Below, one piece after another: positions 28,217 through 41,288 of a DNA stretch of 64,000 nucleotides (within the stretch, counting starts at the first letter, position 1; every line of letters starts with the position of its first letter). This stretch comes from Octopus vulgaris (lineage: Eukaryota): NCBI GenBank assembly GCA_951406725.2, contig OX597831.1, positions 32,488,001 through 32,552,000 on the forward strand, read 5' to 3'. The notes under the pieces are model-generated. The model had not been told where the DNA came from and made no database searches. It saw only the letters and a list, made by a program, of their open reading frames with translations. The translations under genes were made by a program, and so were the position numbers.

Positions 28217-30236
28217 CATGTTATTCTCAACCCAAATCTCCCAATGCTATTCATATCATAATGAAGTTTAATTCTAAATTTAGATTTCAACACTGCATGA
28301 GAAAAGTCTCAATCACATTGGAATTAAAATGGTAAACATCCCTATATGGCAGCATCAGTAACATAGATCAGATCACTTTGTAGTGGTGGTCAGATATGGA
28401 ACAACTGTAGAAATACAAACAACACCTTTACATTTAATGGAAAACCTCTAAACTAGCAGCAGCTTCACCCAGAAACTTGTCCCTGGAGTTGCTGTGCATT
28501 ACAAACCAAATCCACTTGCAAGACTTTGGTTAACTGGAGGCTAGTTGCCCAAGGTGCCACAGAGTAGGATTGAACCTGGAATCATGTGGTTAGGAAGCAA
28601 GCTTCTTACCACACAGCCACACCTGTGCCAAACCATCCCCTTAACCCTGTTAAGCAAGGGAGGACCCTACGGTAGACAGTGTGTTGCAGGACAGTGATGT
28701 GCCACAAATTTCCTTTTTTCCAAATTTTTTTTTCCGTTTTCAAGAACGGAAGGTCATGCCCCTGACCCAACACAGGGCTACCCTGTCTGGCATGTGTATA
28801 GGAGGAAGGGAAACTGAAACTAGGGACCTCTGAATGCTTACAACAGAGCAAATACCATCATAGGCACCCAAGGTGTCAGACTGTAGCCCTAAACACGTCT
28901 ACTAGCACAGGACATCTCCCTCAGTCAAGGGGTCTTGTTTTGTGAGTTACTCTGTAGTGTAGGTGCCATGAAAAAAAGCACCCAGCACACTCTGTAAAGT
29001 AGTTGGCATTAGGAAGAGCATCCAGCTGTAGAAACCATGCACAAGAAAAGTAAGTCTGTATATGTGTGTACACACATATATTTATATACACAGAGAAATA
29101 TATACCTACACACACACACATATATATATATAGCATGTCTTCAGTTGATGTAGTTTATGTTTCAAATAAGAAATAGAATCTATTTTCCTGGATGCTGTGA
29201 GCCAGGTGTATTGTAAGGTAGAAGGGATACCCTTTTTTGCACCCACTCTACTCTTTGGGCTTCGGAAAAGAAAAATGAAAATTCTTGCTAGCCACTGGTC
29301 TATTGTTTTAGGTAACGACTAACTTTTTACCATTATCAGAACTCTTATCACTATGTCCAACAAAGAGCTGTTGAGACAACAACAGACCTTAAATCATAAC
29401 CACTTAATCTGCTAAAAACAGCAGCCAAATTTCCTTTAAATCATATTTTATCAACTTAAAAATGATGTTACCTAAGAGTAGTACATTGTAATGTATTAGG
29501 TAATTCCTGAATAAATCAAAAGGGATGGTCATCGCTAGAATGTCAAAGTAGGCCTGAGAACTCCATCTTATATACATTATATGCTCTGTTTGTTTACAGG
29601 GCATACTCTTTGGTGTTCAGATTGTTTTGAATTAATCATGTATTATCTTGTAGCTTTGAGACTTTGATGAGGTAACTTAATTTTTTAGAATGACATTGTA
29701 GGGTCGGTGTGACAGGCCAGATCTAGCCTGTTTGACCATAAAACAAGCAGAACACTTTGGTTAGACACGACCAGTTTAAATGCTAAAGGGTTAAACAGAT
29801 GGCATCTCACTGACTAAATGGTAAATGTTATGACAGATCATAAATATATGATATCATTATTACTCTGAATGTATATATATATGTGTGTGTGTGTGTGTAT
29901 GCTACATTATGAATTTAGACAGACAGACAGGTGCAGGCATGCTTGTATAGTTAATAAGCTCATTTTTCAATGCCACGACTGCTTGGCACCTTAGGCAAGT
30001 GTCTTCCACAATAGCCCTCTAGATTGGCTATGAAGGAATTTGGTAAGTGGAAATTGAAAGGAAAAAGCTATCATATATGTACGTGTGTGTATTTATAAAT
30101 AAACACATCTGTAAGTTAGAATTTCTCCATGACTAGACATGTCTTAGAAGAGTGGAAATGAAGTATGCCACTTGTATGATGGTGATCCCTGCTTACAACA
30201 ATCATGTGATGTCCAGGCAAGGAGACAGTAACACCT

Positions 30237-30271
<35 letters not shown>

Positions 30272-33087
30272 CATCATGAGGATTTGGTTGGCCCAGGGCA
30301 CTTTTTCAAGATTCTATACAGTGTGACTGAATCCATAATCATGTTACTGAGAGACTAACCTCTGACCACATACCCGAGTCTTCACTTATGCATGACTGGA
30401 CAAACGAAAGAAAGCGACACACAACACATTTTGTATGAATTACATGCATTATTTAATAACAGTTTGATTTGTCACCATGGGCTCAGGAGACAAACCTTGC
30501 TCTTCAGGATTAGGTAACCAAAGAGCCAGGTTCATTTTATGAACCCACAAAACTTTAAAATTGCATTAATACAAAGCTGTTATTAAATAATATATATAAA
30601 AAATCTGCTGATTTGTTGGACTCCAATGAAGATAGCTTTGTAACAGTCATTCACTATATTTCCAACCAACCAAACAATTGATTAAATTGAACCATGAACA
30701 CTCTCAAAATGAATATCTGAAACGGCTGTAAGTCTATAATGCACAACACACAAAACTCTCAAACCTTGAGTCACTCTGTTACTTCTGCTAAATATTAATA
30801 TATATATATATATATATATATACATGCACACACACACACACATGTAGCATATTTTACTGGTTTCAGTTGTTGGATTATGACCATGCTGGGGCACCACATT
30901 TAAAGTTTCCTCGAGTCATACTTACCCCAAGACAATGCCTGGTACGTGTTTGTGTTTTCTTGCAAGATATGAACTGCAAAAATCAACATTCACATGAAGG
31001 GAGATAATTCGGTCAAACTTCAATACACAACAGTTTTGTTTTGAATGAATTGACTCTCACACCGTCTTCATAAAGAAACATGGTAAGCAGGCTGAAACTT
31101 CGAAGTCACTGTCAACGTTTTCTATGTAAAAGTTTAATGAATATGTACTCTACTAAAAAGTATTGAGTAATTCTTCAGTTTAATGTTAAATTTTTTTTTT
31201 ATATATATATATATAATTTCACTTAAAAACATTTATGAATATATGTTCAGGTATATATATACATACACACACACACACATATAGATGTAGTTCATAGATG
31301 AGAAAATCAGGCGGTCTCCATGGTGAATACCCTTAGTAATGCTCAGAAGATTTAAATTTGAGCAGGTTTAGAGGTGAATGTAGGGATAAACGATTTTGAA
31401 CGCATCAATATATAAGGTACATTAAATACAGGAAATGCATATATGTATACATATAAAAACAGCTGTCGGATTTGTAATACTGATCCTCCATCCCTTTAAT
31501 TCCCGATATCATTTGTACCCGGTGTAAGTCAGATCCTTTTATATGTAAACATACATTTTTTGAATTTCATGTATTTAATACACTTTGTATCTTGATCTAA
31601 CTTTCCGTACATTTACTCCCATATATAGATGTATGTACTTAGAAACAAACATTAAAAAGTTCATTATATACATTATACATACATACATACATATATATAC
31701 ATGCACACACAAATATGTGTGTGTGAATGTGTATGTATGTATATATATATATACAGACATATGCACAATTTGGTTTTGACTAAGTGTTCCTCAACTTCCC
31801 TTCCAAGATATTGGTCAACATGAGAATATAGAAGACAATAGACCAAGGTGCCCTATGTTGGAATTGAACTGGGAACTATGTGGTTACAAAGTGAACTCCA
31901 TGGCCATCCTTACAGTCATACATATAAAATACATATAGCATATTATATAGTAGTGTACATGTTTATAAAGAGACATATACATACAGTGCACATGGTAACA
32001 CGTTGTGGACTATGAATGTACATGCATGAGTTTATATATGTATGTATATATGCACGCACGTGTGTGTATATATATATATAGTATGTAGATTGGGTTATAA
32101 TCCAAGCTCTGTCTTCATGAATCGAATCAGCTTATTCCAGTCCTTCAAAATTGTATGTAAATGTTATTAATCATGTGAGCCATGTATAAAGAGTTGAAAA
32201 ATACTGGGAAATAGCTTTTTGCAGAATAATTACATATCAAAGCAGGAAATTGGAAAAGATTTTGGGGTATTATCTATCACATGTGTTTCATATCTTACAT
32301 GTTTCACCTACATGTAGCACTAGCAAATGAAACATGTTTAATGGTGAATAAATAATACTAAAATTTTTTCCAATCTCCTATTTCGATTCATATATTAAAC
32401 ACACACAGTTTGTTTCCTTTCCAGTCGGAGTCTTAATAAATGTATAAGACCAATTATCTCTGTGTATCTCCTATATAACTCTGTACCAACATAGCAGTTT
32501 TAACTTGGTGATTGGGCCACAGATACAAATTTGACTGGTGATGGATTTTGAGTCTGGATTACCTGGATTTCAACATTGACTGAGACTTATTTGTTAGCCT
32601 GGTTCATCTTTATCTACAGAGAGCTTATCAAATATTTCACCTGGATCACTAAGCCCTTGTTGTTTTGATATATACATACATACACACATATATATATATA
32701 CTCTTTTACTTGTTTCAGTCATTTGACTGCGGCCATGCCGGAGCACCGCCTTTAGTCGAGCAAATTGACCCCGGGACTTAATCTTTGTAAGCCCAGTACT
32801 TATTCTATCGGTCTCTTTTGCTGAACCGCTAAGTGATGGGGACGTAAACACACCAGCATCGGATGTCAAGCAATGCTAGGGGGACAAACACAGACACACA
32901 AACATACATATATATATACATATATACGACGGGCTTCTTTCAGTTTCCGTCTACCAAATCCACTCACATACATTGGTCGGCCCGGGGCTATAGCAGAAGA
33001 CACTTGCCCAAGATGCCACGCAGTGGGACTGAACCCGGAACCATGTGGTTGGTTAGCAAGCTACTTACCACACAGCCACTCCTGCGC

Positions 33088-33120
<33 letters not shown>

Positions 33121-33776
33121 CATGCATACACACACACACACACATATACATGTGTATAATATATATACATACAAACACATCCATGCATACATCATATACA
33201 TACATATGTACACTTTAACCCACTTTGGTATAATGTATGTATATAAATATAAATGTACCTGTAATACATAAACACACAAACACACATGTGATGTGAAAGA
33301 ATAAAAATCATTTTTTTTTTCTTTCTTTGCTATTTTTTCTCCAACTTATTTTTTTCTTGATATTAAAAAATAAATGTTAATTAATTAAGAAAAAAAAACA
33401 AAAAAACCCACTTTAACAAATTCTGTCTTGGAAATTCCAGGTGAAGATTCTCCAAGAAAAGGTAGTGGCGGAGGTGGTGAAAGAAAACAAAAAGAAAAAA
33501 AAAAAGAAAGACAAAAACAAAACTGAAAAACCAAACAATAACAAAAAAAAAACAAAACAAGAAATGAAACATGGGAACAGCTTTAAACAAAAAAAAAAAT
33601 AATAATAATAAAAGGACAATAATTAATTTAAGATATTAACTAAAAGTTATGCAAAGAATAAAATACAATTATTAATTAAAATAGCAAGAGAAATGTAACC
33701 AGAAGAGTTACAAGAGGAACAGCAAGGTTTAGGTGATTGAATGACTGGGAACATTGGGTGTGTATATATGTGTATG

Positions 33777-33854
<78 letters not shown>

Positions 33855-34515
33855 GTGTGTATGTGGCATTTATTCATGTGTTGTCTAAAATATTTGGATA
33901 ACTTTTATGTTTCACTTGTTTTGAGCATTAGGCTGTGGTCATGCTGGAGCACCACCTTGTAGAATTCTGGTTAAACGAATTGATCCCAGTACTTATTGGG
34001 TTTTTTTAAAGCCTGGTATGAATTCTATTGCCAAACTGCTAAGTTATGGGGACATAAACACACCAATGTCGGTTATCAAGGGGGGCGGGGGGACAAACAC
34101 CGACACAAAGACAGAGCATGTGTATGTGTGTGTGTGTGTTTTCCTTGTGACCTTAGAGGGTTAAATGCAGCCACTCTCCCCATTCAGGAAAGAACTGAAT
34201 AAATATAATACTATACTCTGATGTGTTCAGTCTGCTACTCAACCACTTCTACCACTTTGCCGCTTTTGTTACAGTAATAATAATAAAAATAATACTGATG
34301 GTGATAATGGTGGTTTCAAATTTTAGAACAGGGGGCCAACAGTTTTTTTGACGAGGGGACCAGTTCAATTGCATTGACCCCCCCCCCCCTCACCAGGACT
34401 TTACTCGTACTTTATTTCATCGATACTGGAAGGATGAAAGGCAAAGCTCACCCTGGCAGAATTTGAACTCAGAATGGAAAGACGGATGAAATACTGCTGA
34501 GCATTTTGCCTGGTA

Positions 34516-34547
<32 letters not shown>

Positions 34548-34917
34548 GATGAAAAGAAATATAATAATAATAATGGTGGTTTCAAGCATTGGCACAAGGC
34601 CAGCAGTTTTAAGGGTGCAGGGCGGTGGTAAGTCAATTACATTGACCCCCACCCCTGAAAGGATGAAAGGCAAAAAAAAATCAATCCTGGTAGAATTTGA
34701 ACTCAGAACGTTGAAGCCAGGAGAAATGTTGTGAAACATCTTGTTTGTTGTGCTGACAATTCTGCCAGAATGATAATGATAATAATAATAATAATAATAA
34801 TTGGAAAGAGAATGAGAGAAATGATGAGAAGATTAAAATGACAAAAAACAAGGAAGAAAAGAAAAAAGAAAAAACAATTGTACAATGAAAAATGTCACAA
34901 GATATGTCTGTGGTTTT

Positions 34918-37422
34918 CTATCCAGAAACTTCACCAAATTGTTTCATTAGATCTTGTGGGTTGGTTCCAACCATTTCTATTACAAGTTCAGAACCACACA
35001 TACCAACATGAAGAACTGGCAGTTTGTCTTTGTTCTCAAAGAGAGACTGAAGCTCAGCATCAGTAATGTCCAACATTTCTTCTTCGGGTTCACTTGAAGA
35101 ATTGGTAGTTGAAGCTCTTTGAGAATCATTGTTGCCATTCTTGAGGCGTGAGTTCATTGGCGGCATCCCCTTGCTGCCTTTGTTGGCGGCAGCACTGTTG
35201 TCGGGCGCTGTTTCTAAGTCTTTCATGACTTGCATGTCGCTCGGAATGTGTCTGATGATGCTTGCGTCTTTGCTACGCGGATTCGGGATGCACTTGCTCG
35301 TGGCGCGTCCATCCTTGTCGGTGTTGTAAGGTTGCGATTGGGACTGGGACGAGCTCCGCGACTCTGAGTTGATACCCAGGATTAACTCGGGTGAGTCGAA
35401 TGTGCGATGATCAAAGTCATTATCTGCCCAGCAGTCGTCGATGATTTGGCGAACGATGTTTGAGAGGTCGTCGATCGCCGGCAGCTGGAGGTCTTCGTCA
35501 ATGTTCATCTTGTCGGACAGCGGCCCATCTTTGTCAGAGGAAGAGGTGGCCGATGAGGGCAAAGGTGCTGATGAAAGGTGGCTGGGGTTGGACATGTAGG
35601 AGGAGGAGGAGGATGTCTGTGGGGTTTGCTGGAGGGATACGTTGGTGCTCCCAGCGTTGCTGTTGGTGGCAAATGTGTTGTGAAATGTGTTTGACATAAT
35701 TGTGGTGGGTACAATAGCCTTCTCCATGGGGTGGGCAGCAGGAGGTTTACTTTGCTGTTGTTGTTGTTGTAACAACTGATGTAACTGAGGAGGTGGAGGA
35801 GGTTGGGGTTGCTGCTGCTGCTGTTGTTGTTGCTGCTGTTGGTGCTGCTGCTGTTGTGGCTGTTGTTGCTGCTGCTGCTGCTGTTGTTGTTGTTGTTGCT
35901 GCTGTTGAGACTGTTGCTGTTGTTGTTGTTGTTGCTGTTGCTGCTGCTGCTGCAACTGCTGTTGTTGGCTGGAGCTAGTGTAATTGTCTGAGCTTGTGTT
36001 CCACTGTGATGGTTTATGCCACAATGAAAAGGAGGAGGACGATGAAGCCGGGGCAGGAGCAGGGGCAGTGTCCGGATAATTGGCCAGTTTGTTAATGGAT
36101 GAGGACGGAGGGGGAGGCGGCATGGAGGAACTCGGTGGGGCCTTTGGCTGATTCGCACCCATGCCGAATGTACTCTGTGCCTGGTTGTACATCTGGACAG
36201 TGACATTGGGAGCCTGGGTAATTGAGGGGTGGATACGGTAGGGACTGGCTGAATGTTGGGTAAACTGATTTTGTCGATTAACCACTGCCTTGTTGGCATT
36301 CAGCTGGGAGAATTGGTTTGCCTGCAGCAGCTGATTTAGCGTTGGCATTAAGGGTTGTTGGTTCAAGTAATTGCTGTCCTTCTCTTGCTGGTTAAGCAAA
36401 GGTTGTGGGTTACCGTACTGAAGACTCGGCTGGCTCCCAACGGGGTACGGTCTTGGGGTGTTCGGGTATGCTGGAGGACTGGGTTTCGGTTGTAATGTAC
36501 GCAGCGTGAGAGCATTAGGATTCTGTCTGTTGCTGTTGTAGTGCTGACTCTGTTGGTGCGCATAGCTGCTGTTCTGGCTAGCCACTTGGTTAGCTTTGCC
36601 GGCCAAAAGTGCTGAGAGTGCAGGGCTGCGTAGATCTTGAGCACTTGGTAAGAACTGCTTGGTGCCTTGCTGCTGTTGTTGTTGTTGCTGCTGCTGCAGC
36701 TGGTTAACCATTGCAATCTCAGATGACTGGTTCACATAACGTATCGTTTGGTTCGGGTTTGATACTGGTGTCTGGTAGTGGACATTAGCCATGCTACCTT
36801 GTGGGGGCTGGTATCTTAGACTGACACCACCAGCCCCTTGTTGAGACGGGGGCGCTGTCGACTGGAATCGGACACCAATGTTGCCATTGTTTGGTGACGA
36901 ACGTTGGTATCTGGCTGCTGAATTATTCGGAGATGACGAGCTTTGATAAAGGCGCACGACTTGGTTTGAAGGGGACTGGTTCTGGTAGCGGATATTAGCG
37001 ACATTCTGTGACGGATGGGGAGCAGGACCTGCATTTTGGTAAATCCGGGCTACGTTGCTTCCTTGCGGATTGCCCGCAAATGGGACACCATGGCTATAGT
37101 ACATTGTCTCACCGCCAACACTGGACAAAGCTTGGTTACCGAGAGAAGCACCAGAAGACCGTGAAGGAATCTGCTGCACGCTGCCGAATGCAGCACCTGC
37201 AGAACTTCCACTGCAGCTGCTGCTATATGGCATTGGCTCTCGTTTGATAGTTGCCGTCATTGGCGTCATGGATATATTCATACCGGAGTGAGAAATAGCC
37301 GGATTGTAGTTGGATTGGTAGTTGGCAGCCATGGCTTGCTGCTGTTGTTGCTGCTGTTGCTGTTGTTGTTGTTGCTGTTGTTGAACTAGTTGGTTGCGGT
37401 CACTGGCCCAATTGCTCATCAT
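34918..37422 (-). CDS. 834-aa glutamine/serine/proline-rich, probably disordered protein, coactivator-like; family not recognised
   Basis: Uninterrupted 2.5-kb ORF with higher GC than its flanks and mixed CAG/CAA poly-Q runs. Contains three LxxLL motifs (LSALL, LNQLL, LHQLL), an IKRE SUMO consensus and acidic helical C-terminal segments. Lies in an exon opening at acceptor tttctttttcAG (exon start 37565); T-rich UTR-like sequence follows the stop. Confidence 0.85.
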   Translation of the reverse strand: MMSNWASDRNQLVQQQQQQQQQQQQQQQQAMAANYQSNYNPAISHSGMNISMTPMTATIKREPMPYSSSCSGSSAGAAFGSVQQIPSRSSGASLGNQALSSVGGETMYYSHGVPFAGNPQGSNVARIYQNAGPAPHPSQNVANIRYQNQSPSNQVVRLYQSSSSPNNSAARYQRSSPNNGNIGVRFQSTAPPSQQGAGGVSLRYQPPQGSMANVHYQTPVSNPNQTIRYVNQSSEIAMVNQLQQQQQQQQQQGTKQFLPSAQDLRSPALSALLAGKANQVASQNSSYAHQQSQHYNSNRQNPNALTLRTLQPKPSPPAYPNTPRPYPVGSQPSLQYGNPQPLLNQQEKDSNYLNQQPLMPTLNQLLQANQFSQLNANKAVVNRQNQFTQHSASPYRIHPSITQAPNVTVQMYNQAQSTFGMGANQPKAPPSSSMPPPPPSSSINKLANYPDTAPAPAPASSSSSFSLWHKPSQWNTSSDNYTSSSQQQQLQQQQQQQQQQQQQQSQQQQQQQQQQQQQQQQPQQQQHQQQQQQQQQQQPQPPPPPQLHQLLQQQQQQSKPPAAHPMEKAIVPTTIMSNTFHNTFATNSNAGSTNVSLQQTPQTSSSSSYMSNPSHLSSAPLPSSATSSSDKDGPLSDKMNIDEDLQLPAIDDLSNIVRQIIDDCWADNDFDHRTFDSPELILGINSESRSSSQSQSQPYNTDKDGRATSKCIPNPRSKDASIIRHIPSDMQVMKDLETAPDNSAAANKGSKGMPPMNSRLKNGNNDSQRASTTNSSSEPEEEMLDITDAELQSLFENKDKLPVLHVGMCGSELVIEMVGTNPQDLMKQFGEVSG

Positions 37423-37425
37423 TGA

Positions 37426-37565
37426 TCAAGTCTTAAAGAAACACGGCAAACAGTTGCGGAGATCGTGAAGCTTGAGCTCTGGCTGTGATGTCAGGAATGC
37501 CTCTCGGCGGTGGCTGGTTTTGATTTGTTCCTGCTTTATTTCTTCCAAAATTTCTTCAGGTAGAT
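37426..37565 (-). CDS. Last part of a candidate upstream ORF, in frame with the Q-rich ORF
   Basis: From the acceptor at 37565 the frame reads (D)LPEEILEEIKQEQIKTSHRREAFLTSQPELKLHDLRNCLPCFFKT-TGA(37428-37426)-TCA-ATG(37422). The other two frames stop within 10 codons. Confidence 0.55.
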
Positions 37566-37960
37566 CTGAAAAAGAAATACATAAAAGATAAATACCAAAG
37601 AATAAACAGGCGTCAAAGACTTACCATTTAACACATGAATGAGAGTGGTGGGGCTTTGAAGTATTTGTAGGAAATAAAGGCTAATCCTGGAGGTGTATGG
37701 CTTGAAGGTGACAAAAGGAATTTTATCAGAGCCTGTGGCCTTCTTGATTTAGCCCTTTTGCTACCATATTTCTATTGAAATACATTGGTTTTTTTTTATT
37801 CAATTAATTTTAAATAAAATGAAAAATCTATTAAAACGACTGTCGTTATTAAGTTGGTATTGGAATCATAAATCAACATGAAATTTTGGTAGAAGATTTT
37901 TATTCGGATCACTTTAACCCTTTTGCTACCAAATTTTGCCGAAATATGCTACCTTTGTTT

Positions 37961-38350
37961 CATCATCATCATCATCATCATCGTTTAGCGTCCGTTTTCC
38001 ATGCTAGCATGGGTTGGACGGTTCTACTGGGGTCTGTGAAGCCAGAAGGCTTCATCAGGCCCAGTCAAATCTGGCAGTGTTTCTATGGCTGGATGCCCTT
38101 CCTAACGCCAACCACTCCGTGAGTGTAGTGGGTGCTTTTTACGTGCCACCCGCACAGGTGCCAGACAGAGCTGGCAAACGGCCACGAACGGATGGTGCTT
38201 TTTATGTGCCACCGGCACGAGGGCCAGGCGAGGCTGGCAACGGACACGAAACGAGGCGGTGCTGGCAACGGTTGCGAAACGGAAGGTTCTCTTACATGCC
38301 ACCAGCACTGGTAACACATCTGCAATTTCCATTGATCGATTTCGATTCTG
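37961..38350 (-). mobile_element. Non-coding element sharing the RTE 3' tail (representative of more than 10 copies)
   Basis: catcatcatcgttta.cgtccgttttccatgctagcatgggttggacgg...gatgcccttcctaacgccaaccactcc. Also at about 21130, 21340, 52711, 53950, 59424, 60680-61020, 61365-61635. Confidence 0.8.
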
Positions 38351-38769
38351 ATAATTAATTTTATAATAATGAAGATATAAAATATCTTTGTTATTATTAA
38401 GCTGAAGTTTGGTGGTGAAGATGTGCCTGGGCGTAACCTCAACGTACAAGGAAGTGAATGTAAGTGGAGTGGTGCAGATGATTGGACAGGGAGGGTGAGC
38501 AGAGAGTTAATGAGAGTGAAAAAAAAAGAGTAGAAGATAGAGGGGAAGGGAAGGGAAGGGGATGCAGTGAGTGGTGAACACAGGGTGTATAGAGGAGTGG
38601 CAATTATACAGTTGGCAAGGGGAGGAGAAAAGAGAGAGAGAGAAATACTGGGCTGCAGGAGTTGGAGGGTGGATGGGTGAATTAATGTAATGTGTGGGTG
38701 GAAAGCACATAATACACTGCACTTCCAGTACTGAGGAGGGCAGGTCTTTTCAAGAACCTCATATCACCA

Positions 38770-39160
38770 GGCATCTCAATCCGATGTCTTCTCTTCCATG
38801 AGGTTCAACATCTTAAGATTCCACCCCCGCACTACTTCATCCCATCTTCCCTGGGTCTCCCTCTTCCACAGGTTCCATCCATTTTAACTGACCAGCACTT
38901 CTTTATACAGCTGTCTTCATCCATACACATCACATGTCCAAACCGTCACAGCCTTCTCTCTTGCACGCTGCATCTGATTCCTCTTATGTCCGACTGTTGT
39001 TTTAGCACATTTGCACTTTGTCATACTTGCACATCCCAACAGAACATACAACCTTCATTCCTCACCAGTTTTTGCATGAGCTCTGTATTCAGGGCTCACG
39101 TCTCTACCATCGAGTATAGCTGTTCATACATAAGCATAACACAATCTACCTTTCACTTGA
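38770..39160 (-). mobile_element. Degenerate RTE LINE fragment
   Basis: Reverse-complement similarity to the RTE 3' ORF region (gaaaagtgctggtc / tgtggaagagggagacccagggaagatgggatgaag). Confidence 0.7.
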
Positions 39161-39200
39161 TGATATATATATATATATATATATTATTCTAGTTTATTTT

Positions 39201-39289
39201 TAACCTGATGAGTGGCTATATTTATATCGAAGTGATTTTATTACTACTATAATCATTTCTTAAATATAGCCACGAAACACGTGTCGTTA
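39201..39289 (+). ncRNA. Type I hammerhead ribozyme motif with long stem II
   Basis: Stem I UAAC/GUUA; CUGAUGA at 39205-39211; perfect 13-bp stem II GTGGCTATATTTA/TAAATATAGCCAC; GAAA at 39274-39277; palindromic ACACGUGU; GUC triplet at 39283-39285. Confidence 0.85.
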
Positions 39290-39463
39290 TTCTACCAATT
39301 ATATACGTTTTTATTACTTTTTTTGCAATTTACTTAATCATTGATATTTTATTGTTATTTTAATATTTCTATTATATGTAATTTTCTAGATGGTGTAATT
39401 TAATTGTTCATTTTGAATTGATAAAAGGTGTTTTTTTCTAATTTTTTATATACATATACACAC

Positions 39464-39501
<38 letters not shown>

Positions 39502-40573
39502 TTTTAATATAATATGTGACAATTATTCAGTTGGAATAATAAGACTCCAAATTATATTACAGATAAATTCCTCTATTTACATAATATCAAGGTCTCATTC
39601 ATTCTTTTGTTGTCTTACCATTACTATTAATATATATAAATATATAATTAGAAAAAGAAAATGGAGATTGGGAAGTTAATAATTATTTATTATTAAAAGC
39701 AAATTAATCATCATCCCTTACAGCTGTTTCGATTAATACTTAGTATACACACACATATATATATATACACACACGCATATGTATACAATATACATGTGTG
39801 TGTGCGTGCGACTATGCGTTGGTCCACCACTACTTGACAACCGGTGTTGGTTTGTTTACATCCCCGTAACTTAGTGGTCCGGCAAAAGAGACCAAGTGGA
39901 ACAAATACCAGGCTTTAGAAAATGATTGAAACAAGTAAAAGCTAAAAGTATGTTTTATCTTTTGCTTCAGTCATAGGAATGTGGTGGCCCTGCTGGGGGA
40001 CTGCCCAGAAGAAGTTTGCGTCAAATGAGTCGGCCCTGGTTCTATTTGTCTTGAAGTTTGGTATTAATTCTATCGAACCGCTAGTTAGAGACGTAAACAA
40101 ACCAATACCGGTTGTCAATCGGTGGTAGGGGACGAATACACTCACACACACGCATATACATACATATATCTCCACATACTTATATATACCTATATCTAAA
40201 TGTGTATGTGATTATAAACACCTATACTCCTATGTATGTAAAACCCTGCGACATATATGTAGTAAATATTCGTCTCTTTCTTTCTCTCTCTGTATGTATG
40301 TGTATATATATATATATATATATATTCGAAACGTGGAGTAGATGCAACAAGGCGACTAAAGAAGGGGAATTTTCCTTGTTTTGTATGTCCTGTACTCTAT
40401 TTTTTCGTTGTTTAAGAAAAATGTCCATTTCCTTGGTTTTGTGTTTATGTTTCCGTTTCTCATTGTGTTCGACGTTTATTTTTGTGTCCTGTACCCATAT
40501 ATGCATGTATATATACATGTAGAGGTAGGTACGTACATATATGTATGTATATATGCATGTGTGTTATTTATTA

Positions 40574-40620
<47 letters not shown>

Positions 40621-40683
40621 AGGTTTATGTAAATGAATATTTCTATATTTACAGGTTTCTATTTATATAGATATATACGTTTA

Positions 40684-40714
<31 letters not shown>

Positions 40715-40799
40715 AACATACGTATATGTATATATACTAAGGAAGACAAAAATTAAAACCTATTTACTCACGTAATAAGTGCATCCTTTAACATCTTAC

Positions 40800-40823
40800 C
40801 AAATCCTATATCAAAAGTAGGGC
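40800..40823 (-). CDS. 24-nt phase-1 micro-exon of the candidate uORF
   Basis: Minus strand ttcctactgaaattctAG|GCCCTACTTTTGATATAGGATTTG|GTAAGA; encodes (S)PTFDIGF(D). An alternative acceptor (exon start 40893) would add an in-frame ATG at 40872. Confidence 0.5.
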
Positions 40824-41288
40824 CTAGAATTTCAGTAGGAACATTTACGATAATATTAAACATTATTAGCATCGATTTAAGGCAGGGTATCAGCTGACCC
40901 GAGAGAAAAAGAAGAGGCGCGTGCCTGGTTCAAATCGTAGCCTTGCGCCTGTTGCATTTTCTAATGTTGTCCTTTCGTTAAGTGGTGGAATAAACCATAG
41001 AAATTTACGACATTACATCATTTATATATATACAAGTACCCAAATACATAAATACATACCTATATACATCTATATACCTTATGTATAATCATACATAGCT
41101 ACATATATACATGTATATAAAAATACATTCGTGTAAGTGTGTATATATATATATATATAATGTAGACTTCTATTACGTACAGAATCAATATATAATGTAG
41201 GTACATAGATGATAGTAGACAGACATGTATATGTGTATATCTATGGAGACAGAGACTATATACATATAAATACATATTTGATACATAC

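Noticed and set aside
35129-37247. Alternative-frame and antisense ORFs over the Q-rich gene
   Set aside because: Expected shadows of CAG/CAA-rich coding sequence.
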